Part shown: positions 8,466-17,248 of the stretch, piece after piece
Layout of the letters: each line of letters opens with the position of its first letter
Numbering within the stretch: the first letter of the stretch is position 1
IMG/VR virus record: IMGVR_UViG_3300029317_000004
Location: 1 to 41,598 of that record
Length of the DNA: 41,598 nucleotides
DNA from: a virus
Taxonomy: Duplodnaviria > Caudoviricetes
Reading direction: 5' to 3' (one strand)
Made by a program: the position numbers and the translations under genes
The notes under the pieces: generated by a model
What the model saw: the letters and a program-made list of their open reading frames with translations, nothing else
Databases searched by the model: none
Told to the model about the DNA's origin: nothing

Positions 8466-10432
8466 TAGGAATAACTGCCCCTAGTACCCGCGCTGAGATT
8501 ATCACACGCCGTACTTATAACCGACCCTTGAACGATGCAGGTACACACTTTGAAACGTGGGCAGGCACGGTCAACCGCGTCATCATGCACCAAGCGTGGC
8601 TATGGGAGAGAGCGAAAGGCTCACCGCTGTCTGAGGCGGAGCAGGCAGAGCTGAATGAGCTGAAGACGCTCAAGATGGAGCGTAAGGTTTCGATGTCGGG
8701 ACGTACCCTATGGTTAGGCGGAACGCAGATAGCTAAAACAAGGGAAGCCTCACAATTTAACTGCTCGTTCTTACGCCTTGAAACGGCCTACGATATGGTG
8801 GATGCTTTGTGGCTGCTTATGCAAGGTTGTGGTGTAGGCTTCAGTCCTGTGGTAGGCACACTCAATGGCTTTCAAAAGCCGATAGAGAACATTCGCGTTA
8901 TTAACTCAACACGTACCACAACAGGCGGAGTAGAGCATAACGAGGAGTCCTTTGAAGCAGGTGTGTGGACTATCAAAGTAGGCGATAGCGCAGAAGCGTG
9001 GAGTAAGTCTATTGGTAAGCTGCTGGCTGGTAAGTACAATGCTACTGAGCTGGTGTTTGACTTCAGTGAAATCAGGCCAGCCGGTGAAAGGCTCAAAGGT
9101 TATGGCTGGATCAGCTCAGGTGACACGGCGTTAGCGAAGGCGTTAGTGGCTATCTCAGGTATCTTAAATAAGCGTGCCGGTAGCCTGCTTTCCCGTATGG
9201 ATATTCTGGATGTTACTAACTGGCTCGGCACGATACTGTCTTCCAGACGCTCAGCGCAGATAGCTATATTCTGCATGGACGAACCGGAGTGGCAGGAGTT
9301 CGCTATCGCTAAAAAGAATTGGTGGCTAACAGGTAATGAGCAGCGGGAACAGTCGAATAATTCACTCGGCTTTAACAAGAAACCTCAACGTGCCGAACTG
9401 CAACACATCTTCGACTTAATGCTGGACTCAGGCGGCAGTGAGCCAGCCTTCATTAATAAGGAGGTAGCACGCCAACGTGCGCCGTGGTTCTACGGAGCTA
9501 ACCCTTGTGTTGAGATATTGCTGGGCAATAAATCATTCTGCAATCTCACCGAAGTAGACATAGCAAAATTCAAAGGTGACAGTGCAGGTCTTCACCGCGC
9601 CTTATACATCGCAGCACGGGCTAATTACCGTCAGACCTGCGTTAACTTACGGGACGGCGTGTTACAAGAAGCGTGGCATCTTAATAACGAGTTCCTGCGT
9701 TTATGTGGTGTCGGTTTAACAGGTATCGCTCAGCGTGACGACTTAGGCGCACATGACTTACAAATGATGCAGCGTGAGGCGACTTCAGCGGCCTATAGCA
9801 TGGCAGATGAACTCGGCTTACAACGGCCTAAGAATGTCACTTGCGTCAAACCTTCAGGCACGCTCAGTAAGATTATGGACACCACAGAAGGCATCCATAA
9901 GCCGTTAGGTCGCTATATCTTCAACAACGTTAACTTCGGTAAACACGATGCACTCGTGCCACTATTGAAGGAAGCCGGTTATAAGGTCATCCCGAACCCT
10001 GCTGACCCTGAAGTCATCTTAGTCACCTTTCCGGTCGCTTGGGATAATGTCGAGTTTGATAAGTTCAACGGCATGGATGTTAACTTGGAATCCGCAGTCA
10101 CGCAGTTAGAGCGCTATAAAAAGTATCAAGTGAACTGGACGCAGCAAAATACCAGCGTAACTATTTCCTACGCACCTGAAGAGGTGTATCAGATTATCGA
10201 GTGGCTACTAGCTAACTGGGAACACTACGTTGGCGTGAGCTTCTTATACCGCACAGACCCGACTAAGACAGCCGAGGACTTAGGGTATCTGTACCTGCCT
10301 CAAGAGGTGGTCACGAAAGAAGCCCATGACGCTTACGCCGCCACACTCAAACCCATAGATTTAAGCAAAGGTAATGAGTTGGATGCTTTGATAGATGAAG
10401 AGTGTTCTACCGGCGCTTGTCCGATTAGATAG
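8462..10432 (+). CDS. nrdJ: Class II (adenosylcobalamin-dependent) ribonucleotide reductase
   Basis: RRTYNR, GRTLWLGG, FNC, NPCVEI, CNLTE, KPSGT, C-terminal CSTGACPIR; no beta subunit gene present. Confidence 0.93.
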   Translation: MIGITAPSTRAEIITRRTYNRPLNDAGTHFETWAGTVNRVIMHQAWLWERAKGSPLSEAEQAELNELKTLKMERKVSMSGRTLWLGGTQIAKTREASQFNCSFLRLETAYDMVDALWLLMQGCGVGFSPVVGTLNGFQKPIENIRVINSTRTTTGGVEHNEESFEAGVWTIKVGDSAEAWSKSIGKLLAGKYNATELVFDFSEIRPAGERLKGYGWISSGDTALAKALVAISGILNKRAGSLLSRMDILDVTNWLGTILSSRRSAQIAIFCMDEPEWQEFAIAKKNWWLTGNEQREQSNNSLGFNKKPQRAELQHIFDLMLDSGGSEPAFINKEVARQRAPWFYGANPCVEILLGNKSFCNLTEVDIAKFKGDSAGLHRALYIAARANYRQTCVNLRDGVLQEAWHLNNEFLRLCGVGLTGIAQRDDLGAHDLQMMQREATSAAYSMADELGLQRPKNVTCVKPSGTLSKIMDTTEGIHKPLGRYIFNNVNFGKHDALVPLLKEAGYKVIPNPADPEVILVTFPVAWDNVEFDKFNGMDVNLESAVTQLERYKKYQVNWTQQNTSVTISYAPEEVYQIIEWLLANWEHYVGVSFLYRTDPTKTAEDLGYLYLPQEVVTKEAHDAYAATLKPIDLSKGNELDALIDEECSTGACPIR

Positions 10433-10531
10433 TAGAAACTAGACACGAAGGCTTACCTCTGAATACGGAGTTTTAGACTGAACAGGCAGGGTGGTCACTG
10501 TCGCTGGATATGTAACCAGCTTTATTAAACA

Positions 10532-10948
10532 ATGAGATTAAAAACAATGAGTACAGAAAAGCCATTAACGGCCTCGATCTATAGCGAGAAGACGCAGCAC
10601 AACCTGAAGGAGATGGGCGTAGGGCTGACACAGGCCTGCCACGGTATTGCACGTGAATGTGGCTGGTGGGAAACAACTACGGAGCGCGATGTTCCACGGT
10701 TATTAATGCTGTGTGTTTCGGAGTTAGCCGAGGCGATGGAAGCCGATAGAAAGTCGCTTATGGACAGCCACCTTTCACAGCGAAACGGTTTAGAGGTGGA
10801 GCTGGCTGACACTGTTATTCGTATCTTTGATATGGCAGGCGGCTTAGGCCTCGATGTGGCAGGTGCATTAGCTGAGAAGCTGGCCTATAACACAACACGT
10901 CACGACCATAAGCCTGAAGTAAGAGCTGATGGTGGTAAGAAGTATTGA
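10532..10948 (+). CDS. MazG-like NTP pyrophosphohydrolase
   Basis: SELAEAMEADRK...EVELADTVIRIFD acidic motif; start may be ATG 10547. Confidence 0.8.
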   Translation: MRLKTMSTEKPLTASIYSEKTQHNLKEMGVGLTQACHGIARECGWWETTTERDVPRLLMLCVSELAEAMEADRKSLMDSHLSQRNGLEVELADTVIRIFDMAGGLGLDVAGALAEKLAYNTTRHDHKPEVRADGGKKY

Positions 10949-10950
10949 AG

Positions 10951-11010
10951 GTATAACGCAATAAATAATCCGCCACGGTAAAGCTGTGCGGATTATTTGC
11001 CTTGTTAGGC
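10951..11010 (-). other. Integron attC site 1 (60 bp)
   Basis: Minus strand: R'' GCCTAAC, AAGGC, L'' AAATAATC, stem-loop, L' GATTATT, TATTGC, R' GTTATAC. Confidence 0.85.
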
Positions 11011-11029
11011 GCATAACGGAGTAAGTAAC

Positions 11030-11239
11030 ATGGGATATGAAGAAAGGTTAGCAGGAATAAAGGGGATCCACCCAGATATGCCTATCAAGCAGGCTAAATC
11101 TGTCGCTATTCTTCTCGATATGGGGTGGGAATGGTGCGGTCTTGGTGCGAATAATTCAGTTGATATTAAAAGAACGATAATGAATGACTTTACTGAGAGC
11201 GCTTATATACGAGAGGACGGCACTTTTAGGTGCGCCTAA
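11030..11239 (+). CDS. Cassette-borne hypothetical protein A
   Basis: GGAG RBS; bounded by the perfect inverted pair GTTAGGCGCA (11004) and TGCGCCTAAC (11231); stop TAA lies inside the R box. Confidence 0.75.
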   Translation: MGYEERLAGIKGIHPDMPIKQAKSVAILLDMGWEWCGLGANNSVDIKRTIMNDFTESAYIREDGTFRCA

Positions 11240-11294
11240 CGCTATAAATAAGCCGCACAGCTCTATCGTGTCGGGCTTTATTGACTTGTTATGT
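11234..11294 (-). other. Integron attC site 2 (61 bp)
   Basis: Minus strand: R'' ACATAAC, AAGTC, L'' AATAAAGC (one extra base), stem-loop, L' GCTTATT, TATAGC, R' GTTAGGC. Confidence 0.88.
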
Positions 11295-11318
11295 TGCAAC
11301 TAGAAAAAGGAAATAATC

Positions 11319-11537
11319 ATGAGTGATAATGGTAAAAGCTCTGCTATGCGCAAGCAGGATTTGAGAATAAAAGAGCTTGAGCAAAAACTTATTGAAACAG
11401 CTCAAGAACTTGGGTGCATGATAGATATGGCAAACGCAAGGTTAGAGCTGGGCATATCTATTTCAGATACGGATGACCCCGACTATTTTGACAGTCAGAC
11501 AGTACACGAGGCTATGATGCTTGCGAAGGCAATATAA
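11319..11537 (+). CDS. Cassette-borne hypothetical protein B
   Basis: AAGGA RBS; bounded by GTTATGTTGC (11288) and GCAATATAAC (11529), 1 mismatch; stop TAA lies inside the R box. Confidence 0.75.
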   Translation: MSDNGKSSAMRKQDLRIKELEQKLIETAQELGCMIDMANARLELGISISDTDDPDYFDSQTVHEAMMLAKAI

Positions 11538-11586
11538 CGCTATAAATAAGCCGCCGTGCTTTTGCGGTCGGGCTTTATTGACTTGT
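11532..11586 (-). other. Integron attC site 3, interrupted in R'' by the intron
   Basis: Arms identical to attC2 (TAACGCTATAAATAAGCCGC...GTCGGGCTTTATTGACTTGT), then the sequence breaks at TTGT|GTACG. Confidence 0.85.
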
Positions 11587-12165
11587 GTACGCCCGACATG
11601 GGCATTAACTAATGAGGTGAAAGTCCTCTGTAGGAAAATCACGCTCTATTACCTATCAGTATTAGAGAATAACTACTAGCGAATGGCAAGTGCTTATCCG
11701 CAAGGATTGGTTCGAAGGAAGCCGCTAGCAAAACTGCGAGCTAATGAACAAAAACATCATATGAGGCGTAGGCTGGAGGCGAGTTGGCAGAGCCGGCCCC
11801 ACGAAGTGCTTTGGGTCCAAGATAACGAAGCCATGTGTTCTAACGGCCACCGTAAATGATGTAGTTGCGCAGGGAAAGTTAATGCCCTTATCTGGGGAGA
11901 TCTGTTTAACAAGCGATCGGTAAGCAACCAGTTAGGCCCTGGTCTATAAATGCCTTGGCTCCAGAGAGTGTATCGCCTCTGGAGAGCGAAACAGATACAA
12001 ACCGATAGCGCCAACAAGGGTAACCTTGTCGGTGATTAAGCAGAAGTCAGCAGACGGCATAGTAGCCCAACGCCCAGCGTAATGGCTGGGACATGGTGAA
12101 GGCCTGAATTCGAAAATCAATGAGGAGCCTGTGCAGCTCAGTTGTTCCGTATCCGACCGGATTTA
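11587..12165 (+). mobile_element. Group IIC(-attC) intron, 5' fragment (approx. domains I-III), no RT ORF
   Basis: 5' end GTACGCCCGACATGGGC, GAGGTGAAAGTCCTC hairpin, GAAGGAAGC, GCAGAAGTCAGCAGACGGCATAGTAG and GAAGGCCTGAA are typical class C intron motifs; inserted after TTGT of an attC; 3' boundary approximate. Confidence 0.8.
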
Positions 12166-12211
12166 GGGGCGCTGGCGCTTTATGCCGTCGGTTTTAAACG
12201 ACTGGTTATAA
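12160..12211 (-). other. Partial attC site 4
   Basis: Minus strand: R'' TTATAAC, CAGTC, L'' GTTTAAAA, central stem; the R' arm is degenerate or fused to intron sequence. Confidence 0.6.
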
Positions 12212-12240
12212 GGCTTTTAGATTATTAAAAAGGAAACAAA

Positions 12241-12423
12241 ATGCAGATAGATGATATTGAGCAGGAAGAGCTTGAGGCTAATTGGTCAATGGGCGACTAC
12301 ACAGATAAAGAATGTAGGAATTGTGGTAGAAATAGGGTTCGCAAATGCCAGAACGGTAAGACTAGATGCGAGAAATGCAACTGGATAAAAGAAGATGACC
12401 AGTATTGCGACTTAGCCTTATAA
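12241..12423 (+). CDS. Cassette-borne Zn-finger-like hypothetical protein
   Basis: CRNC...C...CEKC; AAGGA RBS; bounded by the perfect 11-bp inverted pair GTTATAAGGCT (12205) and AGCCTTATAAC (12414). Confidence 0.75.
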   Translation: MQIDDIEQEELEANWSMGDYTDKECRNCGRNRVRKCQNGKTRCEKCNWIKEDDQYCDLAL

Positions 12424-12445
12424 CAGCGTAATAAGCCGCGCACCA
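12418..12445 (-). other. Half attC (L'-R') or attI-like site at the array edge
   Basis: Minus strand GCGGCTTATT-ACGCT-GTTATAA, similar to the attC2/3 arm; no partner arm found before polA. Confidence 0.5.
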
Positions 12446-12545
12446 TCCACGAAATTAAATACACAACACCTATCAGAGGCATTTTTACGCCTATCCATTA
12501 GCTCATGCGCTAGTAGTTGCGTAGGGTAAACCAAAAGGAAGTATT

Positions 12546-14366
12546 ATGAAAATCTTTGACATAGAAACAGACGGCTTCCTAGAAGACCTTACGCAGATAC
12601 ATTGCGCGTGGCTCTACGATACGGAAACTGAGCAGTACACTTGTTACAACAATCAGAACAACGGACAGCTTTCTATCGCTGACTTCTTAGCTGAAACCAG
12701 CAGCGGGGACTTACTCGCTCACTACGGTAACGGCTTTGATTATCTCGCCATCAAGCAGCTCTACCCAACGTGGACACCTGCTGGAAAGTTGTACGATAGC
12801 GTGTTAATTAGTCAATTGATCTGGACAAACCTGAAAGACCTCGACTTCGGGCGGTTGACTAAACCACGCTTCAAGAACTTCCCTAAACGGCTTATCGGCT
12901 CTCATTCTCTAAAAGCATGGGGCTACCGCTTAGGCGAGTATAAGGGTGACTTCGGTGAAACAACCGATTGGGGTGTTTGGTCGCAGGATATGGAGGATTA
13001 CTGCAAGCAGGATGTAGTGGTCACTAAGAAGTTGTGGGAGCTAATCTTAACTAAGAATTACAGCCAACCCGCTATTGAGCTAGAGCATGACTTCGCGGCT
13101 ATCATCAAGCGACAAGAACAGTTCGGCTTCAAGTTTGACGAGAGGAAAGCACGTGCGCTACAAGGTCGGCTAATGATGCGTAAAGCGGCACTCGCTGACG
13201 AGTTACAGGCGTTCTTCTTACCGTGGGAAGTGGTCGTTGATCCGCACTTTGTACCCAAGGTAAACAACAAGGCACGTGGTTATATTAAAGGCGTACCTTT
13301 CGTTAAAAAGAAGATTATCACCTTTAACCCGAATAGCCGTGACCACATCGCTGACCGGCTAATAGCCCTCTATGGGTGGAAGCCAACAGAGTTCAGTGAG
13401 AGCAGCCATAAACCTACCGTAGACGAAACGGTACTGAAGACACTGAACTACTCGCCTGCACCGTTGTTGATTGAATACCTCACCGTTAATAAGCGGCTTG
13501 CGATGTTAGCAGACGGTAAACAGGCGTGGCTTAAGCAGGTCAAGCAGGGGCGTATTCACGGTCGTGTCAACACGATGGGTGCGGTCACCGGCAGGTGTAC
13601 ACACTCTAACCCTAATGTCGCTCAAGTCCCTGCGGTCAGAGCAGCTTACGGGGCTGAGTGCCGTGAACTGTTTACCGTAGATAGCGGCTACACACTTATT
13701 GGTGCAGATGCTTCAGGTTTAGAACTGAGGTGTCTAGCGCATTATATGGCAGCTTACGATGATGGAGCTTACGGGGATGTCGTGCTTAACGGCGATATTC
13801 ACACCGAGAACCAGCACGCCGCAGGTCTGCCCACACGTGATAACGCTAAGACCTTTATTTACGGATTCTTATACGGCGCGGGTGACGGCAAGATAGGGGA
13901 GATTGTCGGCAAAGGTAGCGGTGAAGGCAAGCGTCTACGCGCTAAATTCCTCGCCTCACTACCCGCGCTAGAAAGTCTTACTACAGCCGTCAAAGCTAAA
14001 GCCGTGCGCTCTAAGAAACTAAAAGGTCTGGATGGGAGAGTGTTACACGTTCGCTCACCACATGCAGCCCTCAACACGCTCCTGCAATCAGCCGGTGCGC
14101 TCATTATGAAGCAAGCCTTGATCGAGTTAGAACGGCTGTTACAAGAGGCAGGACTAAAGAATAGCCACCAAAGACCGACCCGCCCTGACTATGAGTTCGT
14201 TAATAACGTGCATGACGAATACGGCATACAGGTACTTCCTGAACACGTAGCACTAATTGAGAAGCAGGCCACAGCAGCGATGACCTTAGCCGGAGAACAC
14301 TTCAGCTTTAGGTGTCAGATTGACGGTGAAGCTCAAGTAGGCAAAACGTGGAAGGACGTACATTAA
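12546..14366 (+). CDS. Family A DNA polymerase (T7 gp5-like)
   Basis: Exo I FDIETDG, HSLKAWGYRLG, TGRCTH, motif A DASGLELR, motif B RDNAKTFIYGFLYG, motif C VHDE. Confidence 0.98.
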   Translation: MKIFDIETDGFLEDLTQIHCAWLYDTETEQYTCYNNQNNGQLSIADFLAETSSGDLLAHYGNGFDYLAIKQLYPTWTPAGKLYDSVLISQLIWTNLKDLDFGRLTKPRFKNFPKRLIGSHSLKAWGYRLGEYKGDFGETTDWGVWSQDMEDYCKQDVVVTKKLWELILTKNYSQPAIELEHDFAAIIKRQEQFGFKFDERKARALQGRLMMRKAALADELQAFFLPWEVVVDPHFVPKVNNKARGYIKGVPFVKKKIITFNPNSRDHIADRLIALYGWKPTEFSESSHKPTVDETVLKTLNYSPAPLLIEYLTVNKRLAMLADGKQAWLKQVKQGRIHGRVNTMGAVTGRCTHSNPNVAQVPAVRAAYGAECRELFTVDSGYTLIGADASGLELRCLAHYMAAYDDGAYGDVVLNGDIHTENQHAAGLPTRDNAKTFIYGFLYGAGDGKIGEIVGKGSGEGKRLRAKFLASLPALESLTTAVKAKAVRSKKLKGLDGRVLHVRSPHAALNTLLQSAGALIMKQALIELERLLQEAGLKNSHQRPTRPDYEFVNNVHDEYGIQVLPEHVALIEKQATAAMTLAGEHFSFRCQIDGEAQVGKTWKDVH

Positions 14367-14384
14367 TTTAACAGGAGTAATTAG

Positions 14385-15113
14385 ATGAAATTAGAATTAA
14401 GAGCGGTACAGGTAGCCAGCCTTGCCTATAAAGACGCGCAGGCTTTCAATGATGCAGGTTACTACAACGTGGCCGGTATCACAGACGAGGACACCAGTAC
14501 GCAAGCATTTATCGTGGAGGATGACGATTACCTCTATTTAACCTTTACCGGCACTGAGAGCTTTACCGACCTAATCACCGACCTTCGCTTCCTTAAGAAA
14601 AAGGCCTTTGGTCAGTTCCGCTTACACCGTGGCTTTTGGGAAGCATGGCGCTCAGTGTCTGACCGTGTAGCCGGTGAAGTTATGCAGCGTCAATTAGATG
14701 CTAAGGCTAACGAAGATATTATGAAGCCTGTTGTTTACTGTGGTCATTCCCTCGGCGCGGCCTTAGTAACGATAGCTGCTGCCACACATAACCCTAATTA
14801 CTGCATCACATTTGGTTCGCCACCTGTAGGAGGCAAGCGCTTTCGTACGCATACGGCAGAAGCTAATACGCTCTACTTACGCTACGCACTAGACGGCGAC
14901 CCTGTACCACGCTTGCTTAAGTGGAATCCGTTTTATAGACACGTAGGGCGCTTATTGTTCATCGACTCTGAAGGTGAAACACATATCAATCCTAGCTGGT
15001 GGTCGGCGCTGAAGATGCGACTCAGCGGTTCGAGAGATATAACTGACCACGCTGTTAGAAGCTATCACACACAAGTATTCTTAGATAAGGAGGGGCGATG
15101 TACAAGGAATTAA
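14385..15113 (+). CDS. Class 3 lipase-like alpha/beta hydrolase
   Basis: FTGT, LHRGF, nucleophile motif GHSLGAA, TFGSP, DPVPRL, late DH. Confidence 0.88.
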   Translation: MKLELRAVQVASLAYKDAQAFNDAGYYNVAGITDEDTSTQAFIVEDDDYLYLTFTGTESFTDLITDLRFLKKKAFGQFRLHRGFWEAWRSVSDRVAGEVMQRQLDAKANEDIMKPVVYCGHSLGAALVTIAAATHNPNYCITFGSPPVGGKRFRTHTAEANTLYLRYALDGDPVPRLLKWNPFYRHVGRLLFIDSEGETHINPSWWSALKMRLSGSRDITDHAVRSYHTQVFLDKEGRCTRN

Positions 15114-15523
15114 TCAGTCAGCTTGAACACCACGAGGGCTTCCGCTCGCATGTGTATAAGGACACGGTGGGTATTAATACCATTGGCTTCGGGACTAACT
15201 TAGACAAAGGCATTACAAAGCGTGAGGCCGGTGCTTTACTCACCGCTACGCTGGAAGAACTACAGTTTGAACTCCTCGCTAGTAAACGCACACGCGGTAT
15301 CTGGGAAACACTCAGTAACCGTAGGCGTGCCGTTATCCTCAACATGCTCTACAACTTAGGACTGACGCGGCTCTACGGGTTTAAGCGTATGTGGGCAGCC
15401 TTAGAAGCCGGTGATTACAATAGAGCCTCGAAGGAAATGCTGGCTTCTAAATGGGCGCGGCAGGTTGGTGAGCGTGCTAAGGACTTGGCAAGGCAAATGG
15501 AGGGGGACTTATGGCAACTTTAG
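15098..15523 (+). CDS. Lysozyme-type endolysin (T4-like/GH24)
   Basis: HEGFRSHVYKDTVGINTIGFG (E-x8-D-x5-T), NMLYNLG, SKWARQVGERA. Confidence 0.9.
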   Translation: MYKELISQLEHHEGFRSHVYKDTVGINTIGFGTNLDKGITKREAGALLTATLEELQFELLASKRTRGIWETLSNRRRAVILNMLYNLGLTRLYGFKRMWAALEAGDYNRASKEMLASKWARQVGERAKDLARQMEGDLWQL

Positions 15524-15711
15524 AACAGAAGCGGCTACTAGCGACCACACTACAACGTCAGTTTCAAGGGTTACAAGAACTCTTAGAAAGAGCTAAAGCT
15601 GAGGATGTGGAAGTACGTCTAGCCACACGCGGCGGTGACACGTTGGTAGCCAACCTCCAAAGCAGACCTACCAAGCTAGAAGTTCGCACAATCTTAGGTG
15701 TAGACGTATGA
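15511..15711 (+). CDS. Hypothetical protein
   Basis: GGAGG RBS; overlaps both neighbours. Confidence 0.65.
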   Translation: MATLEQKRLLATTLQRQFQGLQELLERAKAEDVEVRLATRGGDTLVANLQSRPTKLEVRTILGVDV

Positions 15712-16463
15712 CCACGCTCTTGATAGATACTGATATTGTGGCCTACCGCTTAGCGGCGGTAAGTGAAACTGACACAGCTTTCGGAAAAACAGTCGATGAC
15801 TTAGGTGACGTGTGCTTACAGGCGGATAGTGTCATAGCGGGGCTGGTTGAGAAACTTAACGCCACGGACGTGATTATGTGTTTATCCGATAAGCAGAACT
15901 TCCGTTATGACGTACTGCCTACTTATAAATCAAACCGTAAAGGCGTGGAGCGGCCTGAGTTACTACAGGCTGTTAAGGATTATCTAGCGACTGAATACAA
16001 TAGTCGTGGCTATCCCTACCTAGAAGCCGATGACGTGATGGGTATTCTAGCCACCCATGACCACGCCGTAAGTGGGCGTAAGATTATTGTGTCGGAAGAT
16101 AAAGATATGCGAACGATACCTTGCGAGCTTTATGCACCACATCGTCCTGAGTTAGGTGTTATCACGATTAGCGAGCTGGATGCGGATAGATTCCTTATGT
16201 GGCAAACAATCTGTGGCGACAGCACCGATGGTTATAAAGGCGTTCTTGGAGTAGGTAAGACGAGCGAGTGGGCTAAGGATGTAATAGCCGCTGACAGGGA
16301 AGACCTGTGGGAGGAAGTGCTATGCGCTTATGCCAGTAAGAAGCTAACCGAAACAGACGCATTACAGCAGGTGAGAGTGGCACGCATTTTACGGGCTGAA
16401 GACTTCAATATAAAAACTAAGGAGATTACTTTATGGCAACCAGAGCTGCTAATGAATCGTTAA
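15708..16463 (+). CDS. 5'-3' exonuclease (T7 gp6-like)
   Basis: LLIDTD, NFR...YKSNR, LEADDVMG, SEDKD, GDSTDGYKGVLGVG. Confidence 0.95.
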   Translation: MTTLLIDTDIVAYRLAAVSETDTAFGKTVDDLGDVCLQADSVIAGLVEKLNATDVIMCLSDKQNFRYDVLPTYKSNRKGVERPELLQAVKDYLATEYNSRGYPYLEADDVMGILATHDHAVSGRKIIVSEDKDMRTIPCELYAPHRPELGVITISELDADRFLMWQTICGDSTDGYKGVLGVGKTSEWAKDVIAADREDLWEEVLCAYASKKLTETDALQQVRVARILRAEDFNIKTKEITLWQPELLMNR

Positions 16464-16741
16464 ATGACGCTACACCTGAGCAGTGGGATAAGGCCAGTAA
16501 AGCTAGTCCACTGGACACTCAGGTAGGCGGAAAACACTACACCGATATGAAGATACAGCCGATTGAATATTCAATGGCTAATGACTTAGATGCGTGTCAG
16601 CACACCATCATTAAATATGTATCACGCTTTAGAAACAAAGGCGGCGTAGAAGACTTGCGTAAGGCTCGTCAAACGCTCGACCTACTAATTCACTTTGAAA
16701 CGAATAACACATACGGAGAAACACATGCTCAACCTAAATAA
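16433..16741 (+). CDS. DUF3310 / T7 gp1.7-like protein
   Basis: QVGGKHY...IQPIEY...IKYVSR...KGGVEDLRKA. Confidence 0.85.
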   Translation: MATRAANESLNDATPEQWDKASKASPLDTQVGGKHYTDMKIQPIEYSMANDLDACQHTIIKYVSRFRNKGGVEDLRKARQTLDLLIHFETNNTYGETHAQPK

Positions 16742-17021
16742 TGTAAGTAAAGGCACACGGCTAGCCGCTAAACAGCAGCTTAAATTCGACAATGCAGCTA
16801 AAGGCGCTGTAGCGTTAATCGAAAACTATCAGAACGAAGCTAAGGCCTCACAGAAGGCTGCGGAGCTTTTAGCGGCTGAAGCGCAAGAGCTTAAAGAAAA
16901 GGCGAAGGCTTGTGAGCTACGCAGTGCGGATATGGAAGTATTAGCGACACGTACCAAGCAGGTAGCCGGTCGAATCTCTGAGCTGTTAGGGCTTGGAGAA
17001 ACTGAAGTAGGCGAGGTGTAA
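16725..17021 (+). CDS. Coiled-coil hypothetical protein
   Basis: GGAG RBS before ATG 16725; Ala/Glu/Lys-rich helix. Confidence 0.7.
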   Translation: MLNLNNVSKGTRLAAKQQLKFDNAAKGAVALIENYQNEAKASQKAAELLAAEAQELKEKAKACELRSADMEVLATRTKQVAGRISELLGLGETEVGEV

Positions 17022-17022
17022 C

Positions 17023-17205
17023 GTGAAGATATTAAGCGTCTTTCTCATAACCCTCTATGTAGCCCTCGCAGCCGGTTGGATTCAGAACCTTATTAAGCTA
17101 ACGGAGTGTGACTTTGAAGCCCCCTATAAGGCCGAGATTCTTCACACGGCTGGCCTTATCCCTCCTATCGGAATGGTGACAGGTTGGTTAGACGTAGGAA
17201 AATAG
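17023..17205 (+). CDS. Small membrane protein
   Basis: GAGG RBS, GTG start, hydrophobic N-terminal segment. Confidence 0.7.
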   Translation: MKILSVFLITLYVALAAGWIQNLIKLTECDFEAPYKAEILHTAGLIPPIGMVTGWLDVGK

Positions 17206-17213
17206 TAAAACTT

Positions 17214-17238
17214 AGGAGTCTTCGGACTCCTTTTTTTT
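17214..17238 (+). terminator. Rho-independent terminator ending the + strand arm
   Basis: AGGAGTC-TTCG-GACTCCT followed by a T tract. Confidence 0.9.
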
Positions 17239-17248
17239 CAAATTGCCG

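Noticed and set aside
11757-12017. 86-aa minus-strand ORF
   Set aside because: Antisense to the intron RNA, with no RBS or recognisable motif
12124-12160. GAGCCTGTGCAG... as intron domain V
   Set aside because: It does not form the DV stem, lacks the class C CGC triad context, and no DVI or 3' AY end follows
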